A stretch of 64,000 nt of DNA from Abditibacterium sp. (GTDB taxonomy: Bacteria > Armatimonadota > Abditibacteriia > Abditibacteriales > Abditibacteriaceae): assembly GCA_965246885.1 (NCBI GenBank), contig OZ251992.1:2336001-2400000 (forward strand). Direction: 5' to 3'. Below the pieces are notes generated by a model. That model did no database searches. It had not been told where the DNA came from and worked only from the letters and a program-made list of their open reading frames with translations. Below are positions 10,684-21,583 of this stretch, piece by piece. The translations under genes were made by a program, and so were the position numbers. Within the stretch, counting starts at the first letter, position 1, and each line of letters opens with the position of its first letter.

Positions 10684-11595
10684 TCAAGACGCGACCGCGC
10701 CGACTTCCTCGCGGAGCGCGTTCCACAGTGGAAGGCGCGACATTTGGCCCGTCGCGGCGAACTGCGCGTCGCCCACCTCGATGACCGTCCACGCGCCGCT
10801 TTCCATTTGTCCCACGTCCACCGCCACAAAGGGAGCGCCCACGCGCCGCGCCGCTTCACGCGCAAGGGCAAAGACTTCGCGCTCCTCATCGGGCGTGAGG
10901 TCGCGCAATGGGTCGTCGCCCTCCCAGTAGTAGCCGCAGCCCAGCACCCGCGCGCCCATCAGAAAAAGGCGGAACTCGCGCCCCAACGGGAAGCCTTGGT
11001 CGGAAGTGCGCGAGTGACGCAGAGGCACAATTTGGCGGACAATGACGCGGCCCCGCGCGCGGTAAGGCAGCGAGAACATTTCGGCGACCAACGCTTCGAG
11101 TTCTTCCTTTGTATCGGCGACGCACGCCTTCCAACCCGCCGCTTTGCGCGAGCGCGCCGTGCCACGCACGAACAAGGGAAAGCCAAGCGAGCGCGTCGCT
11201 TCGTGCCACTCCTTTGGCGTCGAGCCTTCGTGCAAAACTACGCTCGCAGGCGTTAAATCGCCCAACAAAGGAAGCGCGCGGTCGAACTCCAAGGCGCGCA
11301 GATGTTCCTCGACGGTGTTGAGCAAATGGACGTTGCGCTCCCGCGCGGCGTGAAGAATCGCCTCATAACGCTCTGGCGATGGAATGAAGCCGAGCCACAC
11401 GGCGGGCGTTGGCTCAACTTGTGCTTCTATCTGCCAGAGCGCGTTGTCGGCGGTCTCGCACGCGGAAAAGTCTTTGGGAATGAAGAAGACGCGGCAGCCG
11501 ACAAGCTGGGCAGCGCGCGTCATGTCGATCATATCCTGCGCCGAGGGGCTGGCCCCCGGTTCATCGCGCCCTTCGGATAGAACAAAGAGTTCCAT
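10684..11595 (-). CDS. ATP-grasp domain protein (DUF4343/R2K-like)
   Basis: Start MELFVLSE; FPLFVRG..VIVRQ..REFRLF..YYW..FVAVDVGQ..VIEVGDAQ. Confidence 0.75.
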   Translation of the reverse strand: MELFVLSEGRDEPGASPSAQDMIDMTRAAQLVGCRVFFIPKDFSACETADNALWQIEAQVEPTPAVWLGFIPSPERYEAILHAARERNVHLLNTVEEHLRALEFDRALPLLGDLTPASVVLHEGSTPKEWHEATRSLGFPLFVRGTARSRKAAGWKACVADTKEELEALVAEMFSLPYRARGRVIVRQIVPLRHSRTSDQGFPLGREFRLFLMGARVLGCGYYWEGDDPLRDLTPDEEREVFALAREAARRVGAPFVAVDVGQMESGAWTVIEVGDAQFAATGQMSRLPLWNALREEVGAVAS

Positions 11596-11700
11596 GCCCG
11601 CAAGTATGGCCCGCGCGGGGCTTTTTCGGGAAAAACGCAACACCCGTCCGCCTTTGGGCGTCTGTGTGGGGAACGCGGCGGTGCGCCCGCCCTTTGTCCT

Positions 11701-12666
11701 ATGTCCCTCGAAAAAATACTTTTGGTTCAGCCGCGCGGCTTTTGCGCGGGCGTGGTACGCGCCGTCGCCATCGTTGAGGAAGCCCTCGAAGTCACCCGCC
11801 CCATTTACGTGCGCAAGGAGATCGTTCACAACCAGACCGTTGTCAACGACTTGCGGGCGCAGGGAGCCATCTTTGTGGATGACCTTGAAGAGATTCCCGA
11901 CGGGCAGCCGGGTAAGCCCATCGTCTGCATCTTCTCGGCGCATGGCGTCTCTCCGATGGTCAAAGAGCGCGCCAAGGAGAAGAACCTCTTCGTCATTGAC
12001 GCGACGTGCCCGCTTGTGACCAAGGTTCACCTCGAAGCGATTCGCTTTGCCAAAGAGGGCTACAAAATTATCCTCATTGGCCACGACGGACACGAAGAGG
12101 TCGAGGGCACGATGGGCCAAGCGCCCTACGCCATCACACTTGTCGAGTCCATCGCGGATATAGACAAGCTCACTTTCGCGCCCGACGACAAGCTCATCTA
12201 CCTCACGCAGACCACTCTCTCCGTTGACGACACGCAGGCCATCGCCGATGCCTTGAAAGTTCGCTTTCCGCAACTGACGCCGCCGCCCAAAGACGACATC
12301 TGCTACGCCACGACGAACCGCCAGCACGCCGTCAAGCAGTTGGCGCCCAAGTGCGACCTGATTTTGGTCATAGGCGCCAAAAACTCCAGCAACTCGGTGC
12401 GCTTACGCGAAGTCGCCCGCAACTGCGGCACGCCCGCTTACTTGATAGACGACGAAACTCAACTGCGCGACGAGTGGTTCGAGGGCGTCCAAACGGTTGG
12501 CATTACGGCGGGCGCGAGCGCGCCGGAAATCATCGTTTACCGCGTCGTCGAAAACTTGTGCGAGCGCGGCGAGAACGTCGAAGTCGCGCCGCTCACCATC
12601 GCCGAAGAAAGCGTCGTCTTCAATCTGCCCAAGACCATCCAGCAGTTGCCGGTGCTAATGGGCTAA
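11701..12666 (+). CDS. ispH: 4-hydroxy-3-methylbut-2-enyl diphosphate reductase
   Basis: PRGFCAGV, IVHN, SAHG, DATCPLV, QTTLS, ICYATTNRQ, SSNS, TAGASAP. Confidence 0.98.
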   Translation: MSLEKILLVQPRGFCAGVVRAVAIVEEALEVTRPIYVRKEIVHNQTVVNDLRAQGAIFVDDLEEIPDGQPGKPIVCIFSAHGVSPMVKERAKEKNLFVIDATCPLVTKVHLEAIRFAKEGYKIILIGHDGHEEVEGTMGQAPYAITLVESIADIDKLTFAPDDKLIYLTQTTLSVDDTQAIADALKVRFPQLTPPPKDDICYATTNRQHAVKQLAPKCDLILVIGAKNSSNSVRLREVARNCGTPAYLIDDETQLRDEWFEGVQTVGITAGASAPEIIVYRVVENLCERGENVEVAPLTIAEESVVFNLPKTIQQLPVLMG

Positions 12667-12714
12667 GAACGGAAGTCCCACCCGCATAGGCGGACGACGG
12701 GCGCGCGTAATTCC

Positions 12715-12840
12715 CTCGTCGGCGCGACCCGGCGACTCGTCGGCGCGACCCGGCGACTCGTCGGCGCGACCCGGCGACTCGTCGGCGCGACCCGGCGACT
12801 CGTCGGCGCGACCCGGCGGACAATCCGCGCGACCCGGTGC
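12715..12840. repeat. 21-bp tandem repeat CTCGTCGGCGCGACCCGGCGA (4 perfect, 1 near-perfect, 1 degenerate copy)
   Basis: Units start at 12715, 12736, 12757, 12778, 12799, 12820. Confidence 0.95.
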
Positions 12841-13118
12841 ATGGGCCGCTGCCGCAAATGAACGAGCGCGGCGCAGAAAGTTACCGGGGCGAAACACACG
12901 CGCAACTTCCGGGGATGATAATGTTTTGTGTTGAGCGCACGCTGGCTCAAGCGCTGGTGTTGAACGGTGGTTTTCATGGTCGTTTCTTCGGTTTGATTCT
13001 CCTGTTCCCGCGCCCAAAGCGCGAGAAGCGCGGCAGCCGCTCCCATTTCGTGGGGGCGGCTGTTGTGTTTGCTGTGTTTGCGGCAAAGGCTGCAAAATGG
13101 AAAGGGCCGTTTGATTCG

Positions 13119-15443
13119 ATGCCGATTTTCACTTTGCTCCTTTGGCTCCTGCTCACGTGGGCGGCGGGCTGGTTCGCTTATCCCGTTGCGCTGCGGTTGT
13201 GTGGGCACGCCCTGCCCGATGGTGGTCTTGCGCTGGGAAGGGTGGCGTTCCTGACGCTGTGGACGCTCGCCGCTTTTTGGGCGGGGCAAGTCGGGGTGCC
13301 CATTGCGGTCGGTGCATGGGGATGGATACCGCTCGGCGTAGCGGGCTCGGTTGCCGGATGGCGGAACTGGGCGCACGTGCGGCGCGAGTTACAAGTGCGC
13401 TGGCGCGCCGTGTTAGGTGTGGAGATGGTGTTTCTCGCGGTCTTTTTGACCTTTTTCGCCCTGCGCGGTTATTGGAGCGACACGAATGGGAACAACGGCG
13501 AGAAAGCGATGGATTCGGCGCTCATCGGCACCCTCGCGCGCGCCCAAAGGCTTCCGCCGGAGAACCCCTACGCGGCGGGCGCGCGTTTGAGTTCTTACTA
13601 CATCTTCGGCCACTTGGAAACGGCGCTTCTCACGCGCGCGACCGGCACGACGGTGCGGTGGAGTTACAACCTCGAATGTGCCACCCTCCCGGCGCTTTGC
13701 GCCTCGCTGCTGTTCTCGCTGGGCGCGGGCCTGACACGGCGCTTGGATGGCGGAGCGTTCGTGGCGGGAACCGTGTTGGGCTTGGGGACGCTTCAACCCA
13801 TTGCGCAGTGGCTGCGACCGGTTGATGGGCTACTGGCGCGTCGGGCGCTTGACCCGAACATCGGACTGGTCAAAGACCTCGACTTTTTTGCGGTGTCACG
13901 GCCTCTGCCCAATGCAATTAGCGAGTTCCCTTGGTTCACCTTCAACCAAGCCGACTTGCACGCGCACTACTTCGACTTCCCCCTCGAAATCGCGCTGATG
14001 GCGCTCGCATGGGCGATTTTCCGCGCTCAGGGGGAGAAGCATCGGCGGGTGCTGATGGCGTTGGCGGGTGTTCTGTTGGGAGCGCAGATTCTGACGAACA
14101 CGTGGGATTTCCCGGCGTATGCGCTGGCTGTTGGGCTGTCGCTCCTGTTGGCGCCGCGCGCAAAGGGTGTCGCTTTGGGGCGTGGGCGGGTGGCGCCACT
14201 GATAGCGGCTCTACTGGGCGCCGTCGCCCTCGCGTTGCCGTATTTGTTGGGCATCAACACCGCCGCGCGCACGCCAACGCCCCTGCCCCAACCGGCGTCT
14301 CCCCTGCGCGAGTGGCTCTTGCTGTGGGCGCCCATAATCATTGGTTGGACGGGCTTTTGCGCGTGGCGCACCTTTCGCTTCGACGCCCGTTGGAGGTGGG
14401 CGCTGGCGATGGTCGCGGCCCTCGTGTGGGCCGGGGCGTTTTTCCAAGCGCAGTGGGGTTATCCGCCCGGTCTGGATGCGCAACCGGTGCCGACATCCGA
14501 AGCGCTGGCGAGTTGGTTTGCGCCCTTGAACCCCGCCCGATTGGTATTGCCGTTTATCGCGTGGAGCGCTTTTATCGCCGCCTTGGGCGCGCGCTATAAC
14601 CGGGGGGTTGCGCGCTTTTTGCCGTGTCTGGCGCTCGCGGGGCTGTTTGCCCTTGCGTGGAGCGAGACGACGTGGGCGGGCTTTTTGGGCGACCCGAACA
14701 ACCCGGCGTTTGGCGACTTCAAGCGGCAAGACACCGTTTTTAAGTTCGGCCTGCAAACGTGGATTTTGTGGGGCACGGCGGCGAGCGCGGGCGCTTATCT
14801 GACGCTGCGACGCTGGCCGCTCCCCTTGCGCTTGGCGATGGTGCCGCTTCTGCTGGTGATGGCGCTGTCGTCGTTTGTGGATATGCTGGGGCGGGCGCAC
14901 TCCTTCGACCCGGCGCAACGGCAGGGATGGGACGCTTGGGCGCACCTCGCCCCTCCAGAGCAAGAGGCAGCGACGTGGCTCCAAAGCCACACGGCGCCGG
15001 ACGAGAACCTCCTCGAAGCCGAGCAGAAGGAGGGGGGCGACTACTCGGTATATACCCGCTACGCCCATGCGACGGGCATCGCAACGGTGATTGGCCCCCA
15101 AGCGCACACGTTTCAGTGGAGTCCCAACCCGACCCGCGTCGCGCCCCGCCCGGAGGAAACTGCGCAGCAGTTTCTCGACCGCAAAGCAGGCGCGCAATGG
15201 GACGAGGTGGCGAAGCGTAAAGCCGACGCACGCGACGCCTTTACCACTCCACAAGCCGATACCCGCCGCGCCCTGTTGGCGAAATACGGCGTGCGCTACG
15301 TGGTTTGGGGCGAACTGGAGCGGGCGCAGTATGGAGAAGCAGCGCACACGTTGCTCGCTCGTGACCTGCTGCCCCCCGCGCGTTTTGGCTTCGATGCGCG
15401 CGATGACCCGGCGCACCGGGTGGAGATATTTCGCCGTCCGTAA
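13119..15443 (+). CDS. DUF2298 / TIGR03662 (Chlor_Arch_YYY)-like polytopic membrane protein
   Basis: GEKAMDS..LPPENPYAAG..SYYIFGH; EFPWFTFNQADLHAH; NTWDFP; TVFKFGLQTW; KYGVRYVVWGELER. Confidence 0.85.
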   Translation: MPIFTLLLWLLLTWAAGWFAYPVALRLCGHALPDGGLALGRVAFLTLWTLAAFWAGQVGVPIAVGAWGWIPLGVAGSVAGWRNWAHVRRELQVRWRAVLGVEMVFLAVFLTFFALRGYWSDTNGNNGEKAMDSALIGTLARAQRLPPENPYAAGARLSSYYIFGHLETALLTRATGTTVRWSYNLECATLPALCASLLFSLGAGLTRRLDGGAFVAGTVLGLGTLQPIAQWLRPVDGLLARRALDPNIGLVKDLDFFAVSRPLPNAISEFPWFTFNQADLHAHYFDFPLEIALMALAWAIFRAQGEKHRRVLMALAGVLLGAQILTNTWDFPAYALAVGLSLLLAPRAKGVALGRGRVAPLIAALLGAVALALPYLLGINTAARTPTPLPQPASPLREWLLLWAPIIIGWTGFCAWRTFRFDARWRWALAMVAALVWAGAFFQAQWGYPPGLDAQPVPTSEALASWFAPLNPARLVLPFIAWSAFIAALGARYNRGVARFLPCLALAGLFALAWSETTWAGFLGDPNNPAFGDFKRQDTVFKFGLQTWILWGTAASAGAYLTLRRWPLPLRLAMVPLLLVMALSSFVDMLGRAHSFDPAQRQGWDAWAHLAPPEQEAATWLQSHTAPDENLLEAEQKEGGDYSVYTRYAHATGIATVIGPQAHTFQWSPNPTRVAPRPEETAQQFLDRKAGAQWDEVAKRKADARDAFTTPQADTRRALLAKYGVRYVVWGELERAQYGEAAHTLLARDLLPPARFGFDARDDPAHRVEIFRRP

Positions 15444-17483
15444 ATGGAAACGCCCATCAAAAACCGCGTTATCCTTTTTCCGCCGCCCATGAGTTCCTCC
15501 AAGTCCCGCCAGAAATCACGCGCCAAAAGCAAAGCCGCTCCGCCGCCCGTCAAGCCCGCCGCCAAAGTCGCGGCTTCGGTTGTTGCGACCCCGGTTGGTG
15601 TCGAGGCGCCCGCGCCCCCGATAAAAGCGTCCGCGAGCGCGCCCTCGGACAAGTTCTGGTACGGCGCGACGGGCGTGATGGTGCTCGCCATCATCTTGCG
15701 GCAAGTGCAGTTGGGCGCCTCTCCGTTCCACCCGGACGAGACGATCCACGCCTTCTTTTCCTACGGCTTCGACACCTACCACTACGATCCGGTGTATCAC
15801 GGGCCGCTCTTGTATCACCTCACGTCGATGCTTTTCGCGTTGTTTGGGCAGTACGACTATGTCGCGCGGTTGGCGCCCTCACTGCTGGGGATAGGTTTGG
15901 TGGCAATGATACTCGGCCCCGCGCGGCGTTGGATGGGGCCGCGCGCATCTCTGGCGGGCGCGGCGTTAGTGGCCGTGTCGCCTTCGATTGTGACGTACTC
16001 GCGCCATCTGCTGCACGACGCCCTCGTGCTCGACCTCACGCTGGGTGCGGTTCTGTGCTTTCTGACGGCGCTCCATCACCCGGCCAAAGAGCGGCGCGGG
16101 CAGTTGGCGTTGTTAGGGTTGGCGGCGTGTCTGAGCCTGTTTCTGGCGACCAAAGCGAACTTCTTTTTTATTCTGGTGGTTCTGTTGGCGTTCTGGGGGA
16201 CGTGGCAAGTGGCGGGGCGGGCGAAGTTGTCCCTCCCGTACGCGAAGGCGTGGCCCGTTGCCTTGTTTGCGCTTGTGACGTTCGCGGCGATAGCGTTCCC
16301 GCGCGATAATACGTCGCCCGAACCGGTTCAAGCGGCGCAGCACCGAGTGTTCCAACTGGTCGCTGCCGCGAGTTGCGCCGCTTTTCTGCTCTGGGTGATG
16401 GGCCGCCCCCAAGCCGAACCCGAACGGGAAGCGCGCGAGGCGTGGCGGCGCGGCAACGACTGGACGGCGTGGGTGTTGGCGCTGGCTTTGGCGCTGTGGA
16501 TATACGTTTTCCTGTTTGGGCAGGGCGCGCAGGTGTTGGCGCAGTGGGTGGCGACGCGGCAGTTCCCTTCGACGACGTGGGCATCGGGCCGCGACTCGGC
16601 GCAGCACGCCATCAGCAAAATGCTGGAGTACTGGGGCGGGCAGCAAGCGAAACCGCGCTTGCCGAGCCGCCATGATTATTACATTGTGCTGGGCATCCTG
16701 TATGAGCTACCGATTTACGTCGCGGCGATGGGCGGCATTTGGCACGCGGCGCGGCGGCGCACCGTCTGGTCGGATTTCCTGCTTTGGTGGGCGTTCGCGT
16801 CGTGGGCGGTGTACGCGGTCGCCAACGAAAAAGTGCCTTGGTTGCTGGTGCATCTGGCGTTGCCGCTCGCGCTTTTAGGGGCGGGTTGGCTCGCGTCGCT
16901 GAACTGGCGGCGCCCGGCGTTTCTGCTCGCGGCGAGTGTGGCATTGCTGTTTTCGCTGAGGGGGGACGAAGCCATGATTTGGGAGCGGGCGGGCGACCAC
17001 GCCGAACCGCTCTTGTATGCGCAAACGCCCGATGCCTTTCGGGATGTGTTGGAAGCAGCCCTTCTCAAGACGAAGGGGGATGGGCGGGACATATGGATGG
17101 ACGGCGAGCGGCAGTGGCCAAGCGTGTGGTATCTGCGCGACCCCAAGTTCAACCCCATCAGGGGCACGTCGGGCACGCCCATCGCGGGAGTATTCGCGCC
17201 GGAGAAGTATCGCGCCTTCATCGCGCAGGATAAGGACTTGCCCCTTCTCAAGAACAAGGCGCAGTGGGACTTGCAAACGGTGGACTTCCTGATTTGGCCG
17301 CGCGCGAGTTGGACGGCGCTCGAACCGCAGCGCTTTTGGCATTGGTTCTGGACGCGCGAAACGATTCCCCATAGCGAAGAAGGGAGCGGGCCGGGTAGTT
17401 CGGCGACCTCCATCTTGGCGGGGCAAGGCGAATGGAGCCATGCGACAGCGATTGTCGGCGCGCGCAAAGTAGTCAAACCATAA
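15444..17483 (+). CDS. TIGR03663-like membrane protein (PMT/GT-C-type glycosyltransferase); start may be 15489
   Basis: FHPDETIHA..YHYDPVYHGP, YSRHLLHD, YELPI, EKVPWLLVH, EPLLYAQT. Confidence 0.82.
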   Translation: METPIKNRVILFPPPMSSSKSRQKSRAKSKAAPPPVKPAAKVAASVVATPVGVEAPAPPIKASASAPSDKFWYGATGVMVLAIILRQVQLGASPFHPDETIHAFFSYGFDTYHYDPVYHGPLLYHLTSMLFALFGQYDYVARLAPSLLGIGLVAMILGPARRWMGPRASLAGAALVAVSPSIVTYSRHLLHDALVLDLTLGAVLCFLTALHHPAKERRGQLALLGLAACLSLFLATKANFFFILVVLLAFWGTWQVAGRAKLSLPYAKAWPVALFALVTFAAIAFPRDNTSPEPVQAAQHRVFQLVAAASCAAFLLWVMGRPQAEPEREAREAWRRGNDWTAWVLALALALWIYVFLFGQGAQVLAQWVATRQFPSTTWASGRDSAQHAISKMLEYWGGQQAKPRLPSRHDYYIVLGILYELPIYVAAMGGIWHAARRRTVWSDFLLWWAFASWAVYAVANEKVPWLLVHLALPLALLGAGWLASLNWRRPAFLLAASVALLFSLRGDEAMIWERAGDHAEPLLYAQTPDAFRDVLEAALLKTKGDGRDIWMDGERQWPSVWYLRDPKFNPIRGTSGTPIAGVFAPEKYRAFIAQDKDLPLLKNKAQWDLQTVDFLIWPRASWTALEPQRFWHWFWTRETIPHSEEGSGPGSSATSILAGQGEWSHATAIVGARKVVKP

Positions 17484-17531
17484 AGCGCGTTTCGGCGCAC
17501 AGTTGGCACATTGGCGGGCCGTTCGACCCGT

Positions 17532-18638
17532 ATGAAGGCTCATGATCCGTTCCCCTCGCTGCCCAGCGCGCAAGGCGAGGACGACTATAGTCGCTGGCTC
17601 CGCGAGCGGCAGTTGCCGATGGCGTTGCGGATTCTGGGTTTCGTCGCGTTTTGCATCGTCGGCTTCGCGGCGTGGGATGCGTGGCTTTCGCTCGCTTCCA
17701 TTGGGGAAACGTGGCCGCTCCGTGCCCTCTCGCTCGCGTTCATCGGTGTATGCGCGTTGATGTTGGGCTTCACCGGAGTGGCGCGCTACTGGCGCACGGT
17801 GGCGCTGATTGCGAGTTGCACGCTGTTCTGCCTACTCCTGCTCATCCTGATGCGCTTGCCCGATGGCGCCTTGTTGGGATCGGGGGGATTGCTCTTATCG
17901 GCGTTTCTGCTGCGCGTTCACTCGGCGCGCATTGCGATGGTGGCAACTCTTTTCAATGCCCTCGCGCTCGCTGTCGTGTACTCGCTGTGGCAAGTGGATG
18001 CCCGCGTGCTGATCAACACCGAGATTTTTCTGTTCATCGCGTCGGCGGGGAACATCCTGCTCAACTTTTCGGACGAACGCGGCGACCGGCAGAAGTTCGA
18101 CCTCGAACGACAACTCAAGAAACTGGCGACAACCGACGGACTTACCGGCGCCGCGAACCGCCGCCACTTGTCGGACACCCTCACCCACGAGTGCGAGCGC
18201 GCCGACCGTTATGGGCACGACCTCACTCTGATCTTGCTCGACATCGACCGCTTCAAAGCTGTCAACGACACGCGCGGGCACGGCGACGGCGACCAAGCGT
18301 TGCGGGCCATTGCCGCCATCGGCATCGAAAGTGGGCGGGCATCCGACACCTTTGCCCGCTTGGGCGGCGAAGAGTTCGTCATGCTCTTGCCGCACACCGA
18401 TTTAAATGCGGGCATCGCTTTCGCCGAACGGTTGCGCGCCCGCATCGCTGCCGAGAAAATCGCGGGCGCGGGGGGCCAGTTTTCCGTGACAGCGAGCTTT
18501 GGAGTGGCCGGTTTGAAACGCGGCGAAAGCGGTGATGCCCTCGTCGCCCGCGCCGATGCCGCCCTTTATATGGCGAAACAAGCGGGCCGCAACCGCGTGG
18601 TGAGTGAGCGCGAACTGCAACTGGCTCAAGCGGCCTAA
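17532..18638 (+). CDS. Membrane-bound diguanylate cyclase (GGDEF)
   Basis: N-terminal TM helices; DIDRFKAVNDTRGH; RASD I-site; RLGGEEF; ADAALYMAKQAGRNR. Confidence 0.95.
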   Translation: MKAHDPFPSLPSAQGEDDYSRWLRERQLPMALRILGFVAFCIVGFAAWDAWLSLASIGETWPLRALSLAFIGVCALMLGFTGVARYWRTVALIASCTLFCLLLLILMRLPDGALLGSGGLLLSAFLLRVHSARIAMVATLFNALALAVVYSLWQVDARVLINTEIFLFIASAGNILLNFSDERGDRQKFDLERQLKKLATTDGLTGAANRRHLSDTLTHECERADRYGHDLTLILLDIDRFKAVNDTRGHGDGDQALRAIAAIGIESGRASDTFARLGGEEFVMLLPHTDLNAGIAFAERLRARIAAEKIAGAGGQFSVTASFGVAGLKRGESGDALVARADAALYMAKQAGRNRVVSERELQLAQAA

Positions 18639-18667
18639 GCCGACTCCTTCGCCCACGCGAAGGCGGC

Positions 18668-19708
<1,041 letters not shown>

Positions 19709-20455
19709 TTAGAAGCGGGAGCCATAGCGTTCGTTGCGCCAAGGGTCGGCGTGGTTATTGTAGCCGCGCACTTCCCAAAAGCCGGGTTCATCGCGCTCTT
19801 GGAAACGGAGGCCGACGAGGAATTTGGAGCCTTTCCACGCATACAGCTTGGGCACGATCATCCGCACGGGGCCGCCGCGCTCGCGGGGGATGGCTTGCCA
19901 GCCGTTGTCTTTGCCGTTGATTTGCAAGACCATCTCGTCGGCGATGAGAACGTCGGAGTCCATGAGTTCTTCGAGAGGCGTGTTGGTGGTGTAGCCCTCG
20001 CCGCCGTGTTGGACGACGAAGTGGGCTTTCATTGTCGGGCGCACGAGCGCGGCGAGGTCGGAAAAGTGGACGCCGCCCCAAGGCACCTCGTATTTGCTCC
20101 ACGTCGTGACACAGTGGAAATCGGTGACTTGGCGACTGCGCGGTAGGGCGCGGAACCCCTCCCACGACAGTTCGACGGGGTTTTCGACCTCGCCCCAGAT
20201 GCGCAACGTCCACTCTTCGGGCGCGATGTCAGGGCGCACGCCCAAGTCGAGGATGGGAAAGCCTTGGGTGAGGTGCTGACCATCGGGCAACCGTTTGGCG
20301 GCGCGCTCTTCCGGCGTAGTTTCGAGCGTGGTCGGCTGGAACTGCCCGCGTTCGTCGCGGCGAAAGCGTTCGAGCAAGCGGCGCTTGGCTTCGATCATCT
20401 TGGCCGCGTCCGCGTCGTTAATTTGTGGCAGGTCGGTCGAGAAGTCGGGCTGCAT
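19709..20455 (-). CDS. Sulfite-oxidase-like molybdopterin oxidoreductase (YuiH-like)
   Basis: RLPDGQ, DFHCVTTWS, GYTTN, GGPVRMIVPKLYAWKGSK, GFWEVRGY. Confidence 0.9.
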   Translation of the reverse strand: MQPDFSTDLPQINDADAAKMIEAKRRLLERFRRDERGQFQPTTLETTPEERAAKRLPDGQHLTQGFPILDLGVRPDIAPEEWTLRIWGEVENPVELSWEGFRALPRSRQVTDFHCVTTWSKYEVPWGGVHFSDLAALVRPTMKAHFVVQHGGEGYTTNTPLEELMDSDVLIADEMVLQINGKDNGWQAIPRERGGPVRMIVPKLYAWKGSKFLVGLRFQERDEPGFWEVRGYNNHADPWRNERYGSRF

Positions 20456-20485
20456 GATGCCCGCGCAGGCGCGAGAACGGTGCCA

Positions 20486-21583
20486 TTACTCCTTCCACTC
20501 CCGCTCGATGCGGCGCGCAATATCGCTTTGGCTTCGTTTGAAGGCGGCGTGTTTGTCGAGGTCGCGCTTGCGTTGAAGCGCGCTGCCGAAGAGTTCCTTC
20601 ACCGGCTTTTTGGGTTTGGGCGGGGCTTTGACGGGCGGAGTGGATTTGGCGCGGCGCGGGGCTTTGATTTTGGTTTCGACCTTCTTGCGCAGAGTCTTGA
20701 CTTCGCCGGGGAGGAGTATGCGGAAGGCGCCCGCTTGCAAGCCTTCCAATTCCACGCCCGCGAATTTGGTGCGCCGGAGCGACGAAACGGGGTGGCCTAC
20801 TGTGTCGAGCATCCGCCGGACTTGGCGGTTTTTGCCCTCGCGGATGCGAAGCAATACGAGGGCGTTTTTCTCGCTTTGGCCGACGACGCGGGCAAAGCAG
20901 GGCGCGGTCACGCCGTCTTCGAGGCGGACGCCTTTGCGCAAACGGTCTAACTCGCCGGGTTGCACTTCGCCGCGCACGCGGGCCTCGTACTCCTTTTCGG
21001 CGCCGTGCGAGGGGTGCGTGAGCAGGTGCGTCAGTTCGCCATCATCGGTGAGGAGCAACACGCCCGACGTGTCGAAGTCGAGGCGCCCGACGGGGTGGAA
21101 AGCGCGGAACTTGTGCGGCAATAGGTCGAAGACGGTGGGCCGGTCTTCGCGCTTGTCGCGGGTCGTCATGACGTTCTTGGGCTTGTGGAGCAGGATGACC
21201 GTCGTGGTTTTGTCGGCCACCAGAAGAGGGCGGCCTGACACGAATATCTTGTCGCGCTTGGGGTCGGCTTTGATGCCGGGTTCAGTGAGGAAGTGGCCGT
21301 TGACCGACACTTCGCCGCGCGTGATAAGGTCTTCGGCGGCGCGGCGCGAGGCAATTCCAGCGCGAGCGATGAGCTTGGAAACGCGCTCCCGCGCCGCTTC
21401 GTCGCGCTCGGCTTCGTGGGTGGGGACGAAATCGCCCTCGACTTCCCAGTCGTCTTCTTCGACGCCCGGCTCGTCGTCAGCGTCGAAATCAACGTCAACA
21501 AAGGCGGCATCGAGCGCCTCCTCAGCGTCGGGGTTGGATGTCGCGGGGGTCGAGGGGTTCAAAGGCGGGTTTAGATCGGGCAT
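20486..21583 (-). CDS. rluB: rRNA pseudouridine synthase, RsuA/RluB family
   Basis: S4 domain (ERVSKLIARAGIASRRAAE), VGRLDFDTSG, EGKNRQVRRM; acidic N-terminal extension. Confidence 0.88.
   Translation of the reverse strand: MPDLNPPLNPSTPATSNPDAEEALDAAFVDVDFDADDEPGVEEDDWEVEGDFVPTHEAERDEAARERVSKLIARAGIASRRAAEDLITRGEVSVNGHFLTEPGIKADPKRDKIFVSGRPLLVADKTTTVILLHKPKNVMTTRDKREDRPTVFDLLPHKFRAFHPVGRLDFDTSGVLLLTDDGELTHLLTHPSHGAEKEYEARVRGEVQPGELDRLRKGVRLEDGVTAPCFARVVGQSEKNALVLLRIREGKNRQVRRMLDTVGHPVSSLRRTKFAGVELEGLQAGAFRILLPGEVKTLRKKVETKIKAPRRAKSTPPVKAPPKPKKPVKELFGSALQRKRDLDKHAAFKRSQSDIARRIEREWKE

Noticed and set aside
11596..12327. N-terminal extension of the 547-aa ORF 10684..12327
   Set aside because: Antisense shadow of ispH; the real ATP-grasp start is probably 11595.
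12715..12840. CRISPR array
   Set aside because: Head-to-tail units without spacers; no cas genes in the window.
12837..13118. N-terminal extension of the DUF2298-like ORF
   Set aside because: Not protein-like; the hydrophobic N-terminus starts at ATG 13119.
17503..17519. Sigma-54 promoter before the GGDEF gene (TTGGCACATTGGC)
   Set aside because: GG-to-GC spacing does not fit -24/-12.
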